Shown here: positions 57,975 to 64,000 of the stretch, in pieces
Numbering within the stretch: the first letter of the stretch is position 1
Layout of the letters: every line of letters starts with the position of its first letter
NCBI GenBank assembly: GCA_965226495.1
Contig: OZ245365.1
Coordinates: 2,304,001 to 2,368,000 of the forward strand
Direction: 5' to 3'
DNA from: Candidatus Marinacidobacterales bacterium
GTDB taxonomy: Bacteria; Acidobacteriota; Vicinamibacteria; Marinacidobacterales; DATDRI01
DNA length: 64,000 nucleotides
The notes under the pieces: generated by a model
Databases searched by the model: none
What the model was told of the DNA's origin: nothing
The model's input: the letters and a program-made list of their open reading frames with translations, nothing else
Position numbers and translations under genes: made by a program

Positions 57975-58486
57975 GCGTCGAACGGAATCGCCACGCCGAT
58001 ACGGGCTCGCTTTACTGGCTCGAGTCGATGCGAGTGGAGGACATTCCGCAAATCCTTCTGATTGAGGAAGTCTCTTTCAGCAACCCATGGCCGGAGGAAG
58101 CGTTCAAAGACGAGATCGTGAAGGACGCCTTCAGCTATCCGGTGGTCGCCCGCCCGGAGTCCTCGGACTCGGATTTCGTCGCGGGGTATTGCATCAAGTG
58201 GGTCGTTTTCAATGAGCTCCAGGTGCAGAACGTGGCCGTCCATCCGCAACACCGCGGAAGAGGGCTCGGCAGGTTTCTCGTCGAAGAGGCTTTAGATTTC
58301 GGGAGAGTGGTCGGTTGCAGCGCGGCGTTTTTGGAGGTACGAGGGTCCAATACCAACGCTCGGCGACTCTACGTCTCGATGGGATTCCGCGAGGTCGGTC
58401 AGCGGAAGAATTATTACAGTCGGCCGCGGGAGGATGCGATCCAGTATCGAAAAGAACGCTTGATAGGGACGATTGAGAAAAGGTGA
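57971..58486 (+). CDS. rimI: Ribosomal-protein-alanine N-acetyltransferase
   Basis: FSNPW, NVAVHP..RGRGLG, LEVRGSN and RKNYY..PREDA motifs; follows tsaB. Confidence 0.92.
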   Translation: MSVERNRHADTGSLYWLESMRVEDIPQILLIEEVSFSNPWPEEAFKDEIVKDAFSYPVVARPESSDSDFVAGYCIKWVVFNELQVQNVAVHPQHRGRGLGRFLVEEALDFGRVVGCSAAFLEVRGSNTNARRLYVSMGFREVGQRKNYYSRPREDAIQYRKERLIGTIEKR

Positions 58487-60396
58487 TGGCGAGTCTCCTC
58501 CGAGTGGCGGCACGTCTCGCGGCCGATACCGCTCTTGCCGTGCTTATCGTTGTCGGAGTCTTCCGACCGCAGCTTCCCGACGCGTTGAAGGCCCATTGGG
58601 TTACCGTTGTCGTCTTCCTGGGGGTCACGGCTGCGGTCCTAAGGTTGATCGAAGCTCGCAAACAAAGACACCAGGGCCAAAAGGATCCGTTCCCATTGGT
58701 GCTGGGCGCCGTCTTCGCGCTCACCTTGGTCGCTTTGTACATCCAACCTCAGCGCGTGGCGAGCGACGGCGTGCACTATTTTGCGACTCTACGCTCGATC
58801 GTCGTGGACGGGGATCTGGATTTCGAGAACGAGTACCGCATTCTCGGCGCCCAAGAAGGGTACTTTCTCCCAACCGAAACCGGCCGGTTACCCAACAACT
58901 TTAGCGTCGGCCCTGCGCTCTTATGGAGTCCGACGTATTTATTAGTTCACGGCCTCGGGCACATTGGCCTCTTCCGTCCGACCGGCATCGGGTATCCGTA
59001 CTTCACCGCCATCTCCACTGTGACGGCGTTCGGTGGTTTTCTCGGAGTCTTGTGGCTATACGGCTTGGTACGCGTGTACTTTGAGCCTTCGGTGGCATTC
59101 AGCGCGTCACTGCTCATCTGGATGGGAACTTTTCATTTTTGGTACATGGTTTTCGAGCCTTCGATGTCTCACGCGTTCGGCATGGCTACCGTCACGGGAT
59201 TCTTACTCTTGTGTCACCGCCTACCGAAAAACCGTAGGGATTACGCCCTTCTGGGTCTTTCGGCAGGACTGGTCGCCTTGGTCCGTTGGCAAAATATCGT
59301 CTTCTTACCGGTGGGACTGGTCTTTGCTTGGAGGGGGGTTTGGAAAAAGGAGGGGTGGCCCAAGTGGCGGGAGCTTTCCGTTGTCGCGGGAACGGCGCTC
59401 GCGGCGTTCTTGCCGCAACTGATTTTCTGGAAGTTGATCTATGGCCATTTCGTTCTCGTGCCTCAGGGCGGCGGTTACATGGGTTGGACATCGCCCGAGC
59501 TCGAAGCCGTCCTCTTCTCGTCTCGTCACGGATTGCTTTCCTGGTCTCCGCTACTTTGGTTGGGAGTGCTAGGGTTGGTTGGTTTCACGCGGAGGGCTCC
59601 CGTCTTGGCGGGTGGGTTACTCGCCGCTCTGGCAGTGACGCTTTACGTGAATGCGGCGGTCCACGATTGGTGGGCCGGTGCTTCCTTCGGTGCACGGCGG
59701 TTCGATGGCGCGTTGGGGGGTTTTGGATTAGGGCTGGCGATGTCGATCGAATGGCTCGTACCGCGAATCCGGAAACATGCGCTCCTTGCGCTTTCTCTAG
59801 CACTCACGCCGTTTTTGGTCTGGAATCTTTCCCTGATGGGAGTTTATTCGCGAGGTGCGATTCCGATGGATGGTCCCGTTTCGTTTCGGTCTGCGGCCGG
59901 AGACGCGACGGAGCTCATCTATCGCTTGACGGGGTATCCTTTTTCTTGGCCTGCTGCGCTTTTTGAGCGGTATCGAAGCGGTGCCCCGATGGCTGTTTAC
60001 GATCTCGCGGGCGCCAAATACCTATCGAACAATGTCGAAATTCGAATGGGGGACACCGATGCGTTGCATTTGGGGCGAGGTTGGTCCCTGCCACAGCGAA
60101 AAAGAGGGCACACCGTACGTGAGGTGGGACGGGACGGAGCCTCAATCTATGTGGCCTTGCGAGAATCGGCTCCTTATCGACTGAAGCTCGAGGGGCGGTC
60201 GGAGGGACCACTGTCTCTGTCCTTTGGCACACATGTCTTGGGGAACGTGGATCTGGGAGCGCGTGGAGAGGGCGCGGAAGTTTCTGTGCCTGCGGAAGCC
60301 GTCGTCACAGGAATCAATGAGCTGATCCTCCTGCCGGCGGCGGGCTCGAGTGCCTGGGTCTCGCGTTTGTCCATGGTGCGTCCGGGCGATCCCTAA
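58483..60396 (+). CDS. Polytopic GT-C fold glycosyltransferase-like membrane protein
   Basis: SDGVHYF..LRS..DGDLDF, LFSSRHGLLSWSP and WWAGASFGARRF motifs. Confidence 0.8.
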   Translation: MMASLLRVAARLAADTALAVLIVVGVFRPQLPDALKAHWVTVVVFLGVTAAVLRLIEARKQRHQGQKDPFPLVLGAVFALTLVALYIQPQRVASDGVHYFATLRSIVVDGDLDFENEYRILGAQEGYFLPTETGRLPNNFSVGPALLWSPTYLLVHGLGHIGLFRPTGIGYPYFTAISTVTAFGGFLGVLWLYGLVRVYFEPSVAFSASLLIWMGTFHFWYMVFEPSMSHAFGMATVTGFLLLCHRLPKNRRDYALLGLSAGLVALVRWQNIVFLPVGLVFAWRGVWKKEGWPKWRELSVVAGTALAAFLPQLIFWKLIYGHFVLVPQGGGYMGWTSPELEAVLFSSRHGLLSWSPLLWLGVLGLVGFTRRAPVLAGGLLAALAVTLYVNAAVHDWWAGASFGARRFDGALGGFGLGLAMSIEWLVPRIRKHALLALSLALTPFLVWNLSLMGVYSRGAIPMDGPVSFRSAAGDATELIYRLTGYPFSWPAALFERYRSGAPMAVYDLAGAKYLSNNVEIRMGDTDALHLGRGWSLPQRKRGHTVREVGRDGASIYVALRESAPYRLKLEGRSEGPLSLSFGTHVLGNVDLGARGEGAEVSVPAEAVVTGINELILLPAAGSSAWVSRLSMVRPGDP

Positions 60397-60527
60397 GTTT
60401 TCGCGTTGTGGCTCGGTTGCATCGAGAGAAGGCTTTATGATATTTTTACTTATAAGCCCTTGCGCTACCGTAACTTTCTTCCCAGCCACAACTTAGCCGA
60501 TATAACCTATGACAGGAGAGGTGTTTC

Positions 60528-60800
60528 ATGCCGGAGAGCTCCGATGCAGTAAAAGAAGCCCTATTACAGGAGAACGAGGAGTTTCAGCGACTGGCCAAGA
60601 AGCATCAGGAACTAGAAGAACGGCTCATATTTCTGTCTGGCAAGATTTTCTTGAGCAACGAAGAGAAGCTCGAAGAAGTCACGCTCAAGAAGAAAAAGCT
60701 CGCACTAAAAGATAAGATGGCATCCTTGATTCGTGAGCACCAAGGCCATGAGACACCGGGGCATGGAGAGGCAGGTCACGCACGACCCGCCCCTGCTTAA
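60528..60800 (+). CDS. YdcH/DUF465 family protein
   Basis: EFQRL..KH..LE...LKKKKLALKD. Confidence 0.85.
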   Translation: MPESSDAVKEALLQENEEFQRLAKKHQELEERLIFLSGKIFLSNEEKLEEVTLKKKKLALKDKMASLIREHQGHETPGHGEAGHARPAPA

Positions 60801-60833
60801 CCGCCAGTGTCCGTGGAGTCTAGCTGAGTCATA

Positions 60834-60861
60834 CAGGAGCGGATTGGCTGCTCCGCTCTTG
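60834..60861 (+). terminator. Hairpin after ydcH (terminator or processing stem)
   Basis: CAGGAGCGGA-N8-TCCGCTCTTG; weak U-tail. Confidence 0.4.
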
Positions 60862-60906
60862 TCAAGTTGAGGACTGCACGAGCCACCCCCGCCACACTTG
60901 GTTGAC

Positions 60907-61530
60907 ATGAGGATCGCGCAACAGGGTTTTCCATATATCGGTATTCTCCTCGCGGTCGCGCTCGGGCTGATGCTCTATCCGCCGACCCGCCCGCTTTCCA
61001 TCCCGTTTTTCGGTCTCGCGCTCTTCGTTACGTACTTTTTCCGTGATCCGGATAGGAAACCGCCCGAGGATCCTCGCTTGTGGGTCTCTCCCGCAGACGG
61101 GAAGGTCGTTTACGTGGGACCGGAAAAAGAAGGCACTGGGGACCGCGTCCAGGTCAGTATCTTCTTGTCCATCTTTAACGTGCATATCAATCGGTCACCG
61201 GCTTCCGGCACGATCACCAACGTGCGGTATACGGCAGGGCAGTTTCTGCCCGCCTATCGAGAGCAAGCGTCATCGCACAACGAGCAAAACGAGATGGAGC
61301 TTACCGTCGACGGGTCCTTGAAAATCACGGTTCGGCAGATCGCAGGATTGGTGGCTCGTAGGATCGTGTTTTCGAAGAAGAAGGACGACCATCTAGAAAG
61401 AGGCGAACGATTCGGCTTGATTCAATTCGGCTCGCGCGTCGACGTGCTCATGCCGGCGGGAACCAAAGTCCGGCTTTCGGAAGGGCAGCACGTCAAGGGC
61501 GGCGAGTCCATATTGGCGGAGAGACCATGA
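60907..61530 (+). CDS. psd: Phosphatidylserine decarboxylase proenzyme
   Basis: FFRDP, SPADG, SIFLSIFNVH, QIAGLVARRI and FGSRVD motifs. Confidence 0.95.
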   Translation: MRIAQQGFPYIGILLAVALGLMLYPPTRPLSIPFFGLALFVTYFFRDPDRKPPEDPRLWVSPADGKVVYVGPEKEGTGDRVQVSIFLSIFNVHINRSPASGTITNVRYTAGQFLPAYREQASSHNEQNEMELTVDGSLKITVRQIAGLVARRIVFSKKKDDHLERGERFGLIQFGSRVDVLMPAGTKVRLSEGQHVKGGESILAERP

Positions 61531-62303
61531 GCACTGGTAGATCGAAATCACGCCGGGGGATCTACTTCTTACCGAGTCTGCTGACGGTAGGCAATATTTT
61601 TTGTGGCTTCTACTCCATCGTGAGCAGTATGAAGGGAGACCTCGAGCTCGCGGCGATGTTGATCGGCTGGGCCATCTTGTTGGATACCCTGGATGGTCGC
61701 GTGGCACGGCTGGCCAATGCCACGAGCGAGTTCGGGAGAGAGTTCGACTCGCTCGCCGATGTCGTCTCCTTTGGAGTTGCTCCGGGGGTTCTCGCATACG
61801 TCTGGGCCCTCAACCTATGGCCGCGGGTGGGTTGGTTGGCTTGTTTTTTGTTCCTCATCTGTGGGGCCATGCGGCTGGCACGCTTCAATATTCAGAAAAA
61901 AATGGACGACAAACGCTTCTTCGTGGGAATGCCGATTCCGGCGGCAGCCAGTCTGATCGCGGCGGTGGTGTTCATGTTTTCAAGGCCCCTCGAGACATTA
62001 GGACAGGCAATTCCCATCGCCGCCCTGGTCGTGGGGTTGGCGCTCCTCATGGTGAGCAACTTGCGGTACTACAGCTTCAAGGACATCGATCTCCGAGGGC
62101 GTCATCCGTATTTGGTGATTCTTCTGCTGGCGCTGCTCTTCGTGGCGATCGGTACTCATCCCCAAGTCATGCTGCTCAGCATGTCGGTCACTTACTTGGT
62201 GAGCGGGCTCGCGCTCAAAGCTTACTCGTTCATTCGTCGCACCCATTTGGCTGCGGCACCGGAGGAGCCGCTTCCCTCGGGACCCAAGGACACGGATGTA
62301 TGA
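61527..62303 (+). CDS. pssA: CDP-diacylglycerol-serine O-phosphatidyltransferase
   Basis: DTLDGRVAR...FGREFDSLAD.VSFGVAP and RLARFN motifs. Confidence 0.95.
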   Translation: MSTGRSKSRRGIYFLPSLLTVGNIFCGFYSIVSSMKGDLELAAMLIGWAILLDTLDGRVARLANATSEFGREFDSLADVVSFGVAPGVLAYVWALNLWPRVGWLACFLFLICGAMRLARFNIQKKMDDKRFFVGMPIPAAASLIAAVVFMFSRPLETLGQAIPIAALVVGLALLMVSNLRYYSFKDIDLRGRHPYLVILLLALLFVAIGTHPQVMLLSMSVTYLVSGLALKAYSFIRRTHLAAAPEEPLPSGPKDTDV

Positions 62304-63313
62304 AGGGCTACCGCGCTGCAGTGGTAGGTCCACTCAGCCCGTTCGGTCAGCGAGTTCGCCGGTTCATCGAAGAGGGTGACTTCCCGGCTATCGAGCTCAA
62401 GCTTTTCGACTCCACACTCGAATCGGGCGCGACGGTCACACAGTTCCAAGGTGAAGTATTGGTGACGCAACTTCTCGACGCCGATCTGTTTCCGGATCTC
62501 GACGTGATGTTCGTGGGGGAGGGCGCGGGAGAGGACGTGCTGGCGCTTGCCGCCTCCGCATCGCGAGAGGGCTTGCTCACCTTCGTTGCCGATAACGTCG
62601 GTCTCTCGGTCCCGGTCGCGGCGCATGGGTTGAACGAAAGGTTTCTTTCTGATGACGTCCGGCTGGTGGGAGTTCCCAGCACCGCCTCCATTCTGATCGG
62701 GAAGGTGCTGGATAGCATCGCCGGCTCGTTCGAGATACAGCAGGCGTTCGCCACCGTCCTGTTGCCGGCTTCCGAGCTTGGTGATCGTGCCGCCGAAGAG
62801 CTCCATCAACAGGTGGTGCAGATTCTCAACTTCGGAGCTCCGTCGACGGAGGTCTTGGGAGGGCAGCTGGCGTTCAATCTCGTCCCGCCGCCCGAGGGTA
62901 GTGGGGAGAACGCGCCGGAAAACTTGGTGGCCAGGGAAGCCGCGGAGCTCTCCGGATTGGAAGCGAACATACTTTCGGTGTCCCTCGTGCGGGCGCCGGT
63001 GTTCCACAGCTACGCTGTTTCCCTTTGGGTGGAATTAGGCGCCGAGGCGACACCGGAAAGCATCGTCGCCGCAATGGGAGAGCGAGAGTGGATCGATGTC
63101 ACTCAAGCGTTGGAACACTCTGCCGCCATTGCGACACCGGTAAGCGTCGCGGGATCGGAGAAGGTGCACGTTGGCAGCCTACGTCCGGATAGTGCCCGAC
63201 CAGGATTCTTTCGGTTGTGGGTCGTCGCGGACTCGGTGGCAGTGGACGCGGCCGCCAACTCCCTAGCCCTTGCACAAAAGCTGCTGCAGCCGGGCGGCGT
63301 TGAGGCCGGCTAA
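62300..63313 (+). CDS. Degenerate aspartate-semialdehyde dehydrogenase-like (Asd/Usg) protein
   Basis: ATG overlapping the pssA stop; LAFNLVP, RAPVFHS and WVVAD motifs; the catalytic NPNC motif is replaced by VPST. Confidence 0.8.
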   Translation: MKGYRAAVVGPLSPFGQRVRRFIEEGDFPAIELKLFDSTLESGATVTQFQGEVLVTQLLDADLFPDLDVMFVGEGAGEDVLALAASASREGLLTFVADNVGLSVPVAAHGLNERFLSDDVRLVGVPSTASILIGKVLDSIAGSFEIQQAFATVLLPASELGDRAAEELHQQVVQILNFGAPSTEVLGGQLAFNLVPPPEGSGENAPENLVAREAAELSGLEANILSVSLVRAPVFHSYAVSLWVELGAEATPESIVAAMGEREWIDVTQALEHSAAIATPVSVAGSEKVHVGSLRPDSARPGFFRLWVVADSVAVDAAANSLALAQKLLQPGGVEAG

Positions 63314-63324
63314 GCCCGCTAAAA

Positions 63325-63765
63325 ATGCTCCGCTCCTATCCGACCCAACCCGGCTTCGGGGTGGGGGCAGTCGTGATCGAAAACGGCAAAGTACTTCTCG
63401 CTCGCCGCGGGCAACCACCTCTCGAGGGGCGGTGGACGCTGCCCGGAGGCATGGTCGAGCTCGGTGAGACGCTCGAGGACGCGTTGAGACGGGAAGTTCT
63501 GGAAGAGACCGGATGGACGGTTCGTGTTAGGCAGCAGCTAGCACTTTTCGACTTCATCGAGAAGGACGAGGACGCTCGGATCCGCTACCACTACGTTCTT
63601 GCCGACTTTTTCTGTGAACGGATAGAGGGCACGCTCGTCGCAGGCTCCGACGTCACCGACGTGCGATTGGTCTCGCCCGAGAAACTTTCGGAATACGAGC
63701 TCACAACTAAGGCGCTCGATGTCATTCATGACGGTCTGAAGCTTGCGGGAGCCGCTCGGCTCTGA
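63325..63765 (+). CDS. Nudix hydrolase (ADP-ribose pyrophosphatase-like)
   Basis: Nudix box GGMVELGETLEDALRREVLEETG. Confidence 0.93.
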   Translation: MLRSYPTQPGFGVGAVVIENGKVLLARRGQPPLEGRWTLPGGMVELGETLEDALRREVLEETGWTVRVRQQLALFDFIEKDEDARIRYHYVLADFFCERIEGTLVAGSDVTDVRLVSPEKLSEYELTTKALDVIHDGLKLAGAARL

Positions 63766-63998
63766 CTGAAATAGGCAGGCGCGGCTTCCCGCGCACAATT
63801 CCCTGACCGTCGGTACTTGTCCATAACCTCGTTGCCGTAGTCCATCTCCGCCATGTAGAGATTGTGCGGACCACACAAAAGTCTGACATTGTTGGCACTT
63901 CGATCGCCGCCGAGCCCGTAGGGATCGTGGTGATGGAACTGCAGCCCTAGGCGCTCGGGACATCGTCTACCGCCGCTGCTCTCAAACGTGCACTGACC
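63726..63998 (-). CDS. 3' part of a second DUF222-like/HNH paralog (5' end outside the window)
   Basis: Manual translation GQCTFESSGGRRCPERLGLQFHHHDPYGLGGDRSANNVRLLCGPHNLYMAEMDYG...AREAAPAYF is colinear with the 21039-22268 protein. Missing from the ORF track. Confidence 0.88.
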   Translation of the reverse strand, partial: GQCTFESSGGRRCPERLGLQFHHHDPYGLGGDRSANNVRLLCGPHNLYMAEMDYGNEVMDKYRRSGNCAREAAPAYFSQSRAAPASFRPS

Positions 63999-64000
63999 CT

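Noticed and set aside
61601-62299. N-terminal extension of the 570-aa ORF
   Set aside because: Alternative frame inside pssA. The asd-like gene starts at the ATG at 62300.

Overview
GC-rich (about 60%) bacterial DNA. The gene content (Ser/Thr kinase-PD40 paralogs, psd-pssA-asd-like cluster, REP types) suggests Acidobacteriota, probably Vicinamibacteria; this is an inference. (1) 1-11040 is a head-to-tail array of Ser/Thr kinase/TolB-propeller genes with near-identical junctions. It carries two IS3-family elements and a TonB-C/NTF2 gene that starts with a kinase stub, and it ends at a 3' tRNA-Arg(CCT) fragment that looks like the att boundary of an integrative element. (2) 11-38 kb holds metabolic, envelope and hydrolase genes, a DUF222-like/HNH gene, a REC-REC-GGDEF-EAL protein and a MarR-arsM-arsN2 arsenic cassette with three visible operators. 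(3) 38.6-50.55 kb is a 9-gene minus-strand operon and the best candidate for an undescribed system: a MotA/TolQ/ExbB subunit, two ExbD/TolR-like TM(Asp)-coiled-coil-vWA proteins, an Hsp70/actin-fold-FHA protein, an FHA-PEGA-FGE protein, a kinase-TPR protein, a lipoprotein and two exported proteins. (4) 51-64 kb is housekeeping DNA (sppA, speB with an apparent AUU start, mutS, tsaB, rimI, psd, pssA, degenerate asd, Nudix) and ends in a second HNH paralog that has the same 3' junction as the first. All calls come from motif reading by eye; no database searches were run.
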